From Eubacteriales bacterium (lineage in GTDB: Bacteria > Bacillota > Clostridia > Oscillospirales > CAG-272), in contig JAZOUO010000009.1 of NCBI GenBank assembly GCA_045658225.1, positions 9,456 through 73,455 of the forward strand: 64,000 bases of DNA, given 5' to 3'. The notes under the pieces are model-generated. The model made no database searches, was not told where the DNA came from, and was given only the letters and a program-made list of their open reading frames with translations. The position numbers and the translations under genes are program-made. Shown here in pieces: positions 8,117-17,635 of the stretch. Positions within the stretch are counted from its first letter, which is position 1; each line of letters opens with the position of its first letter.

Positions 8117-10528
8117 TTACTTTTCCCAAAATCTTCGCGCAATTTCTGCAAGTGACGAAGAATTTCCTGCATATTTTATGTTTTTCCACTCGCTCGGAAA
8201 CAGTTCCGTGTACTTAGGCTCGGCATAGCGGTCATCAATGAGGACAGCTATTCCACGGTCGCTGTCGCGGCGAATAACTCTGCCCACCGCCTGAAGCACA
8301 CTGTTCATGCCCGGGAATGTATATGCGTAATCATACCCCTGCGAGCATTTTTCCTCATAGTAATCCCGCATTATATTACGCTCGTTTGACAGTCCCGGCA
8401 AGCCGACACCGACTACTATAACTCCGATAAGTCTGTCACCCGGCAGGTCTATTCCCTCCGAGAACTGTCCTCCCATAACGCAAAAACCTATCCGAAGCTT
8501 GTTGTCGTCCTTAAAAAACTCCAAAAACTCCTCGCGGTCGCGGTATGACATTCCCTTTTTCTGCAATATAGTCTTGACTTTAGGATATTTTGCAGAGAAC
8601 TTTTCTGCTACCTTTTCCATATAACTGTACGACGGTAGAAAAACTATATAGTTGCCCGCACGGGCAGACGCAGTTGCCGCCACACAGGACGCAATTTTTG
8701 CGTAAGACTTTTCTCTGTCCTCGTATCTTGTGCTTATGCCGTCTACCGCCGCCACGCAGAGATTTTCGGGCGGGAACGGTGACGGAAAGCTGACCGATAC
8801 CCCATTTTTGCCGCCGCCGAGAATGTCTGCAAAATACTCTGTTGGAGTTAGCGTTGCCGAGAAAAGCACCGACGCGCAGGCGCGGTTGAGCACCGCGTCA
8901 AGAAGGCTTGACGGGTCAAGGCAATAGAGCAGTATCTCTACTTCGTGATTGTTGGTATTTATAAATACGAGATAGTTGTCTCCAAAGCATTCCTCGGAAA
9001 CCCTATATTCACGTATTTTTGAGTGTAGTTCCTCAATTTTATGGTATGCGGGGCTATCCGAGTTATATTTGAGCCACCTCTCGCACGCCTTCTGGCAGGA
9101 CGCAAGCTTTTCGGACAAATGTGTGGGAAGTTGCTTGCCTATATAATATCCAATTTTATTTTGATTATGGTCGTAGCGTATGTTGTCCTCACAAAGCCCC
9201 TCAAGCTTTTCAAGCTCGCAGATAACTCCGTCAATTTCGGATAGCAGCGTTGAGCTCTCGCTCAAATATTCGCAAGCCTGCTCAAGCTCACCGCCGGATA
9301 ACTTTGCGGAAAACAGGTCTCTTGCTCTGTCGGGGAGGTTGTGCGCCTCGTCGATAAGGAAAATATACTTTTCTGTGCGGTTGCTGTCAGCAAAATATCT
9401 CTTGAGATAGACTGTGGGTGAGAAAATATAGTTATAGTCACAGATTATAACATCGCAAAGCTCGGATAAGTCTAGAGACAGCTCGTGAGGGCAAACGCGG
9501 TGCTTTTTTGCCACGCGCAGAATATCGGCACGGTCAAATTCAAATCCACTCTCTATAAGCTCAAAAATCGCTCCCTCGGCTCTGTCGTAATATCCCTTTG
9601 CGTAAGGGCATATATCACTTCTGCAATACGAGGAAACTCTGCCGCCGCGCGCCTTCGCCTCGTCACATATACAGCTCTGCTCCTTCGAGGAAAGAGTGCA
9701 GGTATATATATTTGCGCCGTGCGAGCGCATATTTTTTGCCGCCGAGAGCGCCTCGCGGCGTATGCTCGCTTTTGAGGTCAGATAAAAAATCTTGTCCGCA
9801 ACACGCTCACCAAGACACTTGACCGACGGATAAAGCGTGGAGATAGTCTTTCCTATTCCTGTGGGGGCTTGGCAGAAAAGTCTGTTGCCGTGCTTTATGT
9901 CGCGGTAGCACTCCTTTATCATCTCCGCCTGACTGTAGCGAAGCTCTCTGTACGGAAAAACCGCGTCCGAGAGCGAGGGTACTCTTTCCTTTTTTGAGAG
10001 AGACAAAAATTTGCCTCTTTGGTGTACCTTTGAGAGTGTTTTGGTATAGAAATCGCGAAGCTCATCAAGACTTGCATATGAATATTGCGGCTCTACCTCA
10101 CCTGTTTCGGTGTTATACGACGCCATACAAAGCTCAACGCTCTCAACGTCCTTTTGTCTGCACAAAAAATACGCCATAGTGTAAAGCCTTGCGCGGTAAA
10201 AGTCCTCGCTTACAAGCGGAGTGCCGTATTTGTTGACTACTCGTATCTCGACTACGCAGTAGCCGTTTGGCTTTTTGATAACTCCGTCGCACTCTCCGCT
10301 TACAAAATAGTATACGTCGTCAAGCCGTAATGTGTTCGAAAGCGACACGTTCATATAATATTCCCCGCCCATAGCGGATGCAAGTCGGGGAGAGACCGCC
10401 CTTTTGAGCTTTGTCGCGGACGTGTATTCCTTAACGGTATAGCCGTCAAGGTCACGTCTTCCAAAGACGTTATAGCAGAGCAAGTCTGCGGATATTTCTA
10501 TATGGTCGTACTCCAGACTGTATTTCAC
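8117..10528 (-). CDS. DinG/XPD-family ATP-dependent DNA helicase with Fe-S domain and an N-terminal extension of about 190 aa
   Basis: 803 aa, GTG start. Walker A is QAPTGIGKT; the DEAH box is LIDEAHNL; the Cys cluster is CICDEA...YCRSDICPY. C-terminal helicase motif GQFSEGIDLPG. Confidence 0.8.
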   Translation of the reverse strand: MKYSLEYDHIEISADLLCYNVFGRRDLDGYTVKEYTSATKLKRAVSPRLASAMGGEYYMNVSLSNTLRLDDVYYFVSGECDGVIKKPNGYCVVEIRVVNKYGTPLVSEDFYRARLYTMAYFLCRQKDVESVELCMASYNTETGEVEPQYSYASLDELRDFYTKTLSKVHQRGKFLSLSKKERVPSLSDAVFPYRELRYSQAEMIKECYRDIKHGNRLFCQAPTGIGKTISTLYPSVKCLGERVADKIFYLTSKASIRREALSAAKNMRSHGANIYTCTLSSKEQSCICDEAKARGGRVSSYCRSDICPYAKGYYDRAEGAIFELIESGFEFDRADILRVAKKHRVCPHELSLDLSELCDVIICDYNYIFSPTVYLKRYFADSNRTEKYIFLIDEAHNLPDRARDLFSAKLSGGELEQACEYLSESSTLLSEIDGVICELEKLEGLCEDNIRYDHNQNKIGYYIGKQLPTHLSEKLASCQKACERWLKYNSDSPAYHKIEELHSKIREYRVSEECFGDNYLVFINTNNHEVEILLYCLDPSSLLDAVLNRACASVLFSATLTPTEYFADILGGGKNGVSVSFPSPFPPENLCVAAVDGISTRYEDREKSYAKIASCVAATASARAGNYIVFLPSYSYMEKVAEKFSAKYPKVKTILQKKGMSYRDREEFLEFFKDDNKLRIGFCVMGGQFSEGIDLPGDRLIGVIVVGVGLPGLSNERNIMRDYYEEKCSQGYDYAYTFPGMNSVLQAVGRVIRRDSDRGIAVLIDDRYAEPKYTELFPSEWKNIKYAGNSSSLAEIARRFWEK

Positions 10529-10690
10529 ACCGACGCCCTGCCTTTCATAGAATAATACAAGATTATTATAACAAATGCGAGAGGTTATGTCAATAAAATT
10601 ACCAATATTTTAGGACTTACATTAACCTCAAAAATGTATTATAATATTAGTGTGGATACAAGCCTATACAATAGGCTGGAAAGGATTTTT

Positions 10691-11278
10691 ATGGAACTCA
10701 TTGTAATAAGCGACGACAAATTGAAAATTATGCTTTCTGAGGAGGACATGGAGCGCTATCACATCTCGGGTGACGAATTTGACTACTCAAAACTTTCCAC
10801 AAGAACCGTGCTCAAAAGCATTTTGAGCGATGCCAAAACCCTCACGGGCTTTGATACCGAGGGAGAACGCTTTTTCGTTCAGCTTTTCACGTCTGCTCAC
10901 GGCGGATGTGAGCTTTTCATCACAAAAGGAGAGCAGGACGATTATACGATAGACACGCAAATCGAGAAATCCCCTCCCCCCGCGAAACGTACATATCAAA
11001 GTCTATATTCCTTTGATACATTTTATAATCTCATATCGTCCTGCCGACGTCTGACACCATTTGTCAGGGATATTGACAGCATTGCCTACTCGGATATTTC
11101 GGGAAGATATTTTCTCTCCCTCAAGCACGCAAACCTCTCTCCTTATACAAGACTTGACAAATTTACATTTCTGCTTGAATACGGCAAACGCGAAAATAGC
11201 GAGAGCTTTGAGAAATATATTCAGGAATACGGAAATTGGATATGCAAGGACGCGGTAGCTGTCCTCGGCTCGCTCTAA
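10691..11278 (+). CDS. mecA: MecA-like adaptor protein
   Basis: Start moved to the ATG at 10691 (MELIVISDDKLKIMLSEEDMERY), with a GGAAAGGA RBS. The N-terminal pattern resembles the MecA family. Confidence 0.55.
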   Translation: MELIVISDDKLKIMLSEEDMERYHISGDEFDYSKLSTRTVLKSILSDAKTLTGFDTEGERFFVQLFTSAHGGCELFITKGEQDDYTIDTQIEKSPPPAKRTYQSLYSFDTFYNLISSCRRLTPFVRDIDSIAYSDISGRYFLSLKHANLSPYTRLDKFTFLLEYGKRENSESFEKYIQEYGNWICKDAVAVLGSL

Positions 11279-11354
11279 AATTTGCTTTTCCTCTTGAAAT
11301 CCCGAATATTTTTTGATATAATATTAGCAGAAAATATCCTTTGGAGGTTTTGAT

Positions 11355-11903
11355 ATGACTTGGGACGAGTTGAGAGCCGCTTGCGAGAGCTGCGAGAAGT
11401 GCGAGCTTTGCAAAACGCGCACAAATTGTGTGTTCGGCGTAGGTAATATAAACGCAGATATTATGTTCGTTGGAGAAGCCCCCGGACAGCAAGAGGATCT
11501 TTCGGGAACTCCGTTCGTTGGTCGAGCAGGCCAGCTTCTTGACAAGTATCTGTACGCCATTGATATAAAGAGAGAGGACGTTTATATCGCGAACATTCTC
11601 AAATGCCGTCCGCCCCAGAACAGAGACCCCCGTCCCGACGAGGAGGAGGCTTGCATAGATTATCTGCGCGAGCAGGTAAAGCTTATAAATCCGAAGGTGA
11701 TAGTCTGTCTTGGCCGCATCTCGGCTATGAAGCTTATAAAACCCGATTTCAAAATTACACAAGAACACGGTATGTGGTTTAAAAAGGGCAACTATCTTAT
11801 GACCGCAGTCTATCACCCCGCTGCGCTTCTCCGCGACCCGCGTAAAAAAGAAGATATGCTTCGCGATATGCAGAGGATAAAGGAGAAGATACAGGAAATC
11901 TGA
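11355..11903 (+). CDS. uracil-DNA glycosylase, family 4
   Basis: 182 aa. CEKCELCKTRTNCVFGVGN...IMFVGEAPGQQED...PFVGRAGQLL matches UDG family 4. GGAGG RBS. Confidence 0.85.
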   Translation: MTWDELRAACESCEKCELCKTRTNCVFGVGNINADIMFVGEAPGQQEDLSGTPFVGRAGQLLDKYLYAIDIKREDVYIANILKCRPPQNRDPRPDEEEACIDYLREQVKLINPKVIVCLGRISAMKLIKPDFKITQEHGMWFKKGNYLMTAVYHPAALLRDPRKKEDMLRDMQRIKEKIQEI

Positions 11904-11931
11904 AATTGATTTTCATATATTTTTTGATAAC

Positions 11932-11966
11932 AAAAAAAGGAAACCTATGTAGGTTTCCTTTTTTAA
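11932..11966. terminator. bidirectional terminator between convergent genes
   Basis: AAAAAAAGGAAACCTA-tg-TAGGTTTCCTTTTTT. It overlaps the divIC stop codon. Confidence 0.8.
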
Positions 11967-12382
11967 TCGTTAAGATCACTGTAATATACTATCTCATCGG
12001 GCAAGAAGAGACCAAGCTTTTCCTTGGCGATACGGATTATATAGTCCTTATCCGTAAGAGGAATACCAAGCAGATATTCTGTTTCCTCAATGCTTTCCTC
12101 GGTTTCCTTTATCTGCTCATTCAAAGCTCTCTTTTGATTCTGAAGCTCGGAGTATCTTATAAAGCTTGCTATAAAAATAATGATAGCAGAGATCAACAGT
12201 CCTAGCAAAAGAAGCTTAAGTACAGTAGACACGAGAGGTTTTTTTGACGCTACGACAACCGACTCAGCTACGGGGGAGGGTTCAACAGTCGGCTCATATT
12301 CTATGCTTGGAGTGTCATTTTCAAGGTCAGAATTTAATTCTTCCGCTTTTTCTATATCCTGAAGCTTTTCCGACATGCACAA
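11963..12382 (-). CDS. divIC: septum formation initiator (DivIC/FtsB family)
   Basis: 139 aa with a single TM and a coiled coil (LQNQKRALNEQIKETEESIEE), then IIRIAKEKLGLFLPDEIVY. It follows yabP-yabQ, as in Bacillus. Confidence 0.75.
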   Translation of the reverse strand: MCMSEKLQDIEKAEELNSDLENDTPSIEYEPTVEPSPVAESVVVASKKPLVSTVLKLLLLGLLISAIIIFIASFIRYSELQNQKRALNEQIKETEESIEETEYLLGIPLTDKDYIIRIAKEKLGLFLPDEIVYYSDLND

Positions 12383-12914
12383 AATCCTCCTTTGGTACTT
12401 CGGGTGTGTCCTGCACAGGGGACGGTTGCGCGCGAAGTCTTCGCGCTTCCCTTGCAGCCCTTACCCATAATACTATTTTAGCAAGAATTCTGCCTATTGT
12501 CAAGTGATATAGTAAAATCAGTTTGGATTTGATAAATTCAAGCGGAATGAGCAGAATTTTAAGCAGCTTGAATACGATGCCGTAAACAAAGCGTAAAAAT
12601 CTGCGGAAAAGTCTGCCAAGAGATATGCGAAAGCATATAAATCCCAAAAACATAATAGGTAATATTATCGCACGAAAAAATCCTCTGTTTGAATAGTACA
12701 TAAGAAGTAGCGCAGTAGCACCGCAGCATAAACAAAACAGAAAGTCAAACACAAAAATCAGGCAGGAGAATAAAATCCTTATTATTTTTTTCGAGTCTAC
12801 GGGTGGATCCTTTAGTAAAGTTGAAAATATATCGTACAATACACCAAGCATAGCGCCCGACAGAAATGATCTCAATATCAAAAGCAGAGTTTCGCCCTGC
12901 AAATTGAATATCAT
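12327..12914 (-). CDS. yabQ: spore cortex biosynthesis protein YabQ
   Basis: 195 aa multi-TM protein immediately downstream of yabP. The N-terminus LLLILRSFLSGAMLGVLYDIF is typical of YabQ. It overlaps divIC by 56 nt. Confidence 0.7.
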   Translation of the reverse strand: MIFNLQGETLLLILRSFLSGAMLGVLYDIFSTLLKDPPVDSKKIIRILFSCLIFVFDFLFCLCCGATALLLMYYSNRGFFRAIILPIMFLGFICFRISLGRLFRRFLRFVYGIVFKLLKILLIPLEFIKSKLILLYHLTIGRILAKIVLWVRAAREARRLRAQPSPVQDTPEVPKEDFVHVGKASGYRKSGRIKF

Positions 12915-12945
12915 ATTTCAGATAAATCCTTTCTGAAAATTAAAA

Positions 12946-13203
12946 TTATCTTTTACCGAAAAGCTTTTTCTTTTGCAGTGTGTTGTCAAAATAATATACA
13001 CCGTCTATTCTTCCGTCCACCTCGACTACCCCCTGATCTACGTTCAGCACGCCTATATGAAGCCCTTCGCCCTCGACCGTCATTCCTCCACAAGATGTCT
13101 GAAGCACTACCTCTCCTTCGTCAAAGCTTATAACGTCCTCCACTCCGTTTATTTTAATATTCTGTCTTGATTCAGACAAAAATGAATGTACTTTCTCAGG
13201 CAT
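12946..13203 (-). CDS. yabP: sporulation protein YabP
   Basis: 85 aa. INGVEDVISFDEGEVVLQTSCGGMTVEGEGLHI...VDGRIDGVYY matches the YabP/YqfC family. Confidence 0.85.
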   Translation of the reverse strand: MPEKVHSFLSESRQNIKINGVEDVISFDEGEVVLQTSCGGMTVEGEGLHIGVLNVDQGVVEVDGRIDGVYYFDNTLQKKKLFGKR

Positions 13204-13252
13204 AAAAAAACCTCCGCATAATAATGTTTGTACATTATATGCGGAGGTTTTT
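13204..13252 (-). terminator. terminator hairpin after the S4-domain gene; its 3' arm contains the yabP SD
   Basis: On the minus strand: AAAAAACCTCCGCATA-(16 nt)-TATGCGGAGGTTTTTTT, directly followed by the yabP ATG. Confidence 0.7.
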
Positions 13253-13498
13253 TCAATTATTCAATACCTCGTAAAGCGATGATGCATCTGCCTTTGCGGT
13301 ATAATCCTTAACGTCAAGAACCCTGACCTTCAGATTTCTCTGACCAAAGCTGATCTCAATAATATCGCCTGTCTTTACCTCGTAAGAGGCTTTAGCCTGT
13401 CTGCCGTTCACGGTCACGTGTTCAGCGTCACAAGCCTCGTTAGCAACTGTTCTTCGCTTTATGATTCTTGAAACCTTGAGATATTTATCAAGTCTCAT
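13253..13498 (-). CDS. S4-domain RNA-binding protein (YabO/Hsp15-like)
   Basis: 81 aa. MRLDKYLKVSRIIKRRTVANEA is an S4 motif. The position matches Bacillus yabO. Confidence 0.8.
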   Translation of the reverse strand: MRLDKYLKVSRIIKRRTVANEACDAEHVTVNGRQAKASYEVKTGDIIEISFGQRNLKVRVLDVKDYTAKADASSLYEVLNN

Positions 13499-13770
13499 CC
13501 ATTAACCTTATCCTTGAGGGTGCTGCCTGCACTGAAGGATACATACTTGGAAGCTGCGATCTGAACGGTTTCACCTGTCTTGGGGTTTCTGCCCTCTCTT
13601 GCTGCGCGATCCTTAACCTCGAAAGAACCGAATCCTGTGAGCTTAATGTCTTCGCCTGCTGCGAGAGTTTCGGAGATAACGTCGAGAACTGCACCAACAG
13701 CCTCTGCTGCTGCCTTCTTGGAGATGCCAGCCTTAGCTGCAACTGCTTCTGTGAGCTGTAACTTGTTCAT
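13495..13770 (-). CDS. hup: DNA-binding protein HU
   Basis: 91 aa. MNKLQLTEAVA...GFGSFEVKDRAAREGRNPKTGE is the canonical HU sequence. Confidence 0.95.
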   Translation of the reverse strand: MNKLQLTEAVAAKAGISKKAAAEAVGAVLDVISETLAAGEDIKLTGFGSFEVKDRAAREGRNPKTGETVQIAASKYVSFSAGSTLKDKVNG

Positions 13771-13808
13771 GGTAAAATACCTTCCTTTTTTATTTTTATT
13801 ACAAATTG

Positions 13809-13837
13809 ATTATAGCACACTTTTTATTATATTTCAA
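13809..13837 (-). promoter_or_regulatory. sigma-A-type promoter for hup
   Basis: On the minus strand: TTGAAA, 17-nt spacer, TGcTATAAT (extended -10). Confidence 0.6.
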
Positions 13838-13906
13838 TAGTTTTTTCAGAAAATTTTCCCGAAAAATCACATTTTTTACAAAAAAATTGTTAGAAATAGT
13901 CTTTTT

Positions 13907-14719
13907 TTAGTGTTTTATGCTATCCCAAACCTCATCAAGCTCGGTCATGCTCATATTTTCAACGTTTTTTCCTTGTTCCACAACCGCTTTTTCAACCTTT
14001 GAGAAACGGTCTATAAATTTGTTGGTCGCGCCGAAAAGTGCCTCCTCGGAGTTGACTCCAAGCTTGCGTGCAAGACTTGTGACAGTCAAAAGAAGGTCTC
14101 CAAGCTCTTCCTGAATGTCTTGCTTGTTCCCTGTTTGTGCGGCCGCCTTGACCTCGTCTATCTCCTCGTAGAGCTTTGAGTACACGTCCTCAACATTTTC
14201 AAAATCAAAAAAGCTTGCCTTTTTGCCAACCTTCTGAGCTCTGATAAGCGCGGGAAGCATAGGGGGAATCGCGGTCAGCTTGTCGGTAAGGGTGAGTCTG
14301 CTCTTCTCCTCCACCTTTATCTTCTCCCAATTACTTAGCACCTCTGCACTGTCCTTTACCTGCAATTCAGCAAAAACGTGGGGGTGACGGTGTATGAGCT
14401 TTGCACAGATGTCATTTGCAACATCATTTATGTCAAATCTCTCCTCCTCAGTCTCTATTCTTGCGTGGAATACCACCTGCAAAAGTACGTCGCCAAGCTC
14501 CTCGCGCAAAAGCACGGGGTCTTCGGTGTCAATAGCCTCGATAACCTCATAGGTTTCCTCTATAAAATCATTTCGGATGCTCTTGTGTGTCTGCTCAATA
14601 TCCCAAGGACAACCTCCCTCGCTACGCAAAAGCTCAACGATAAGCACAAGGTCGTCAAAAGAATATCTGTCCCTACTTAAAAGCTCTCTCTTTTTTGAAA
14701 TTATTTGTTCCGTATTCAT
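13907..14719 (-). CDS. mazG: nucleoside triphosphate pyrophosphohydrolase MazG
   Basis: 270 aa. GGCPWDIEQTHKSIRNDFIEETYEVIEAI and a tandem MazG domain pattern. Confidence 0.85.
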   Translation of the reverse strand: MNTEQIISKKRELLSRDRYSFDDLVLIVELLRSEGGCPWDIEQTHKSIRNDFIEETYEVIEAIDTEDPVLLREELGDVLLQVVFHARIETEEERFDINDVANDICAKLIHRHPHVFAELQVKDSAEVLSNWEKIKVEEKSRLTLTDKLTAIPPMLPALIRAQKVGKKASFFDFENVEDVYSKLYEEIDEVKAAAQTGNKQDIQEELGDLLLTVTSLARKLGVNSEEALFGATNKFIDRFSKVEKAVVEQGKNVENMSMTELDEVWDSIKH

Positions 14720-14735
14720 TTTTTATTCCTCTGTT

Positions 14736-16310
14736 TTATGTATTTTTTCTCAAAAGCAAAATATCTATTTCCTTTTTATTAAGTGTCCGTGTAAGCAGCA
14801 ACAGCACCGCATAAATTATCGCCGATATGGCTATCCCTCCAAGAGTTCTGAGTATATTATTGTCGCAAAAATTCCCCGACATATCATATATCATAAACGC
14901 AACTGTGCAAGATCCCGTCGCACACAAATACGGCTTTATCAGAATGTCCGAAAACTTGATTGTAAGCGGCGAGTGCTTTGCTAAAAAATAAAAGTTTATA
15001 GCACTTATGCAAAAGTCACACACAAAGGTCCCAATTGGTATGCCGTACATATTTATATTCGGATTGCCTACCATAACGTAGCACATAGCAATTTTAGTAG
15101 CCGAGCCTATGAGCATCGAGATAAGCGGAAGGCTTGGCTTTCCGTATGCCTGAAGCAGAGCATTCTGCACTGTTATAAAGCAGGACAAAAGCACTGATAG
15201 TCCGAGTATAGACAACAACGGCGACGAATAGGCTATCGCCTGTGTCTCGCCCGAAAATATAAGCTCCAAAATAGGAGTTGAAAACAACGTAAGCCCCGCA
15301 CCTATGGGCGCGGCTATCAGGGACGTGAGCTTGAACGCGCGGCGTACCGTCTGATTTTGCGTCTCCAAGTCTCCCTCTGCGCGAGCCGATGAAATTGTCG
15401 GCACAAGTGGGAGCGCAATAGCACTCACAAGCGCGGGAGTTAGACTGAAAAGCGGAATTGCAAGCGTGGTATAGCTTCCGTATATAGAATTTATAAGTTC
15501 GCTCCCATACCCTAGGCTTCCGAGTCTGCGAAATATCATTGTCATATCTATAAGTTTTGTGACACTCAAAACCGATGCCGAGAGAGTTATGGGGAGCGTT
15601 GTTCTCATAAGAGAGTAAAAAATCTCCCTTCCCTCACGCGTCTTTTTGTCCTCAACTCCGGTTTTGCCCTTTGACATAAACAGATATAGTGCCGAAAGTG
15701 CCTCAGCAAGCGTCAAACCAAGCACCGCCGCGCCCGCAATATGAGGCACGTCAAGTCCAATTTTTATGCCAACACTTGCAAATATTAGTCCGAAAATAAG
15801 CTTGCCCGCCGCCTCTATAACCTGCGAGATAGCCGTTTGCTTCATCTGCCCGAGCCCCTGGAAATATCCTCTCGCCGCGCTTGACAAGCATATAAAAAAT
15901 ATTGCGGGAGAAATGCAGAGCAACGAAAAATAAGTCTGCGGCGTGCCTAAAAATTCTGAGAACGGGTATGCAAGTCCTATCATCAACGCCATACAGACTA
16001 TGCCGAGTATCAAAAATGTGAATAGCGCGACCTTGAAGATTTTCCGTCTGCGTCGCTCGTCCTCTGTCGAAGAGATAAGCAGTGACATAGCCACGGGTAT
16101 TCCCGACGTGGAGATAACGCAAAACGACGCGTATATCTCGTAGGCTGAATTAAAGTATCCCATGCCTGTGCTGCCGAGTAGCTTCAGCATGGGAATCTTG
16201 TAGATAAGACCTATTATTTTAACTATGACCGTAGAGAGCGTAAGAATATAAACTCCCGAAATAAATTTCCTTCCTTTTTCAACTCTTCCGTTCCAAACGG
16301 TATTTTTCAA
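14736..16310 (-). CDS. MOP-superfamily flippase (SpoVB/MurJ-like polysaccharide biosynthesis protein)
   Basis: 524 aa with about 14 TM segments. TTG start with a GAGGGG RBS. The N-terminus ILTLSTVIVKIIGLIYKIPMLKLLGSTGMGYF is typical of this family. Confidence 0.75.
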   Translation of the reverse strand: MKNTVWNGRVEKGRKFISGVYILTLSTVIVKIIGLIYKIPMLKLLGSTGMGYFNSAYEIYASFCVISTSGIPVAMSLLISSTEDERRRRKIFKVALFTFLILGIVCMALMIGLAYPFSEFLGTPQTYFSLLCISPAIFFICLSSAARGYFQGLGQMKQTAISQVIEAAGKLIFGLIFASVGIKIGLDVPHIAGAAVLGLTLAEALSALYLFMSKGKTGVEDKKTREGREIFYSLMRTTLPITLSASVLSVTKLIDMTMIFRRLGSLGYGSELINSIYGSYTTLAIPLFSLTPALVSAIALPLVPTISSARAEGDLETQNQTVRRAFKLTSLIAAPIGAGLTLFSTPILELIFSGETQAIAYSSPLLSILGLSVLLSCFITVQNALLQAYGKPSLPLISMLIGSATKIAMCYVMVGNPNINMYGIPIGTFVCDFCISAINFYFLAKHSPLTIKFSDILIKPYLCATGSCTVAFMIYDMSGNFCDNNILRTLGGIAISAIIYAVLLLLTRTLNKKEIDILLLRKNT

Positions 16311-16322
16311 GTATTACACCCC

Positions 16323-17612
16323 TCAATCGAAATAGTGTTCAAAGACAGATTTTGCTTCTGCCGTAAGCTTTTCCATATCAATTGAAGTATATTCGCCGTT
16401 CTCGTAAAGTATGCGTCCGTCACACACCGTCATAAGAACATCGGACTCGCACGCGCTGTACGTCAGCGCGGAGTCATAGCTGAACACGGGAATGTTGTTT
16501 ACCGAGTTCATATTCACAAGTATAAGGTCTGCACGACAGCCGACCTGAATTTTACCGCAGTTAAGTCTTCCCTGCGCTATCGCGCCGTTTACCGTAGCAC
16601 ACTCTATCATATCGGCAGCATTGGTTTCCGCAGCATTACGTGTATTACCCTTGTGTATCAAGGCAGCATACTGCATCTCGCGGAGAACGCTCAATTTATT
16701 GTTTGAAGCCACGCCGTCAGTTCCGAGAGCTACGTTAATACCCGCCGCCTTTAATGCGCCATAGCGCATTAAACCGCTTCCAAGTTTGAGGTTGCTGACG
16801 GGGTTGTGCGCCACACTGACACCACGCTCTGCAAGTATTTGTATATCACTGTCCGTCACGTATACACAGTGCGCCGCCGTCACGGGCACATCAAGTATTC
16901 CCGTGCTTGCGAAAAATTCAGTAGGAGTCATCCCTCTCTGTTGCACGCATTTGTCATGCTCACTCTGTGTCTCTGACAGATGAAGCTGAATACCCGTGCC
17001 AAAATCCTTTGCAAGCTCGCCCACGTATCTGCAACATTTTTCAACGTTGGAATATTCCGCGTGCACGGACATATCCACCTTAAGTCTGCCGTCAAAGGTG
17101 TTGTGCCATTTGTTGAATGCGTCAACGCCCTCGGCGATTCTTGTGTCCGAGGTCACGTCAAGGTCAGGATCAAAGGACACCACAGAGCGAGAGATATTAG
17201 CCTTTATTCCACTCTCTCCGACTGCGCGAGCAGTGGAGTCAAGGAAAAAGTACATATCCGAGAAGGATACGACACCATTCTTTATCATCTCGGCAATAGC
17301 CATCATTGAGCCGTAATAAACTCTCTCCTCGTTAAGAAGCTCCTCTGCGGGAAGTATCTTTGTGTCAAGCCACTCGCGAAGTGGCAGATCGTCACCATAG
17401 CCGCGGAAAAGCGTCATCGCGCTGTGACAGTGAGCGTTATAGAACGCGGGCGCTAAAAGATTGCCCTTGCCCTCAATAATTCTGTCAGCCTGTTCTGTCG
17501 GCTCGTTCTTGCCTATATAAGCTATAATTTTATCATTTACAAGCACATTTACGCTCTCGAGTCCATATCCGTACTCGTCGGGCAGATGCACGTTTCTAAA
17601 AAGTATTTTCAT
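16323..17612 (-). CDS. mtaD: amidohydrolase, 5-methylthioadenosine/S-adenosylhomocysteine deaminase-like
   Basis: 429 aa. NAHCHSAMTLFRGYGDDLPLREWL and HLSET motifs. Confidence 0.8.
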   Translation of the reverse strand: MKILFRNVHLPDEYGYGLESVNVLVNDKIIAYIGKNEPTEQADRIIEGKGNLLAPAFYNAHCHSAMTLFRGYGDDLPLREWLDTKILPAEELLNEERVYYGSMMAIAEMIKNGVVSFSDMYFFLDSTARAVGESGIKANISRSVVSFDPDLDVTSDTRIAEGVDAFNKWHNTFDGRLKVDMSVHAEYSNVEKCCRYVGELAKDFGTGIQLHLSETQSEHDKCVQQRGMTPTEFFASTGILDVPVTAAHCVYVTDSDIQILAERGVSVAHNPVSNLKLGSGLMRYGALKAAGINVALGTDGVASNNKLSVLREMQYAALIHKGNTRNAAETNAADMIECATVNGAIAQGRLNCGKIQVGCRADLILVNMNSVNNIPVFSYDSALTYSACESDVLMTVCDGRILYENGEYTSIDMEKLTAEAKSVFEHYFD

Positions 17613-17635
17613 TTTTTGTCCTTTTTGTAAATTTG

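Noticed and set aside
11163-11816. A 217-aa minus-strand ORF opposite the UDG gene.
   Set aside because: It is antisense to a clearly recognisable family-4 uracil-DNA glycosylase. It has no RBS, and its sequence is hydrophobic and low-complexity.
12327-12382. A 56-nt overlap between yabQ and divIC, considered as a possible frameshift or pseudogene.
   Set aside because: Both reading frames are intact, with plausible termini. The YabQ C-terminal tail is poorly conserved in general. There is no evidence of disruption, so both are kept as normal overlapping genes.
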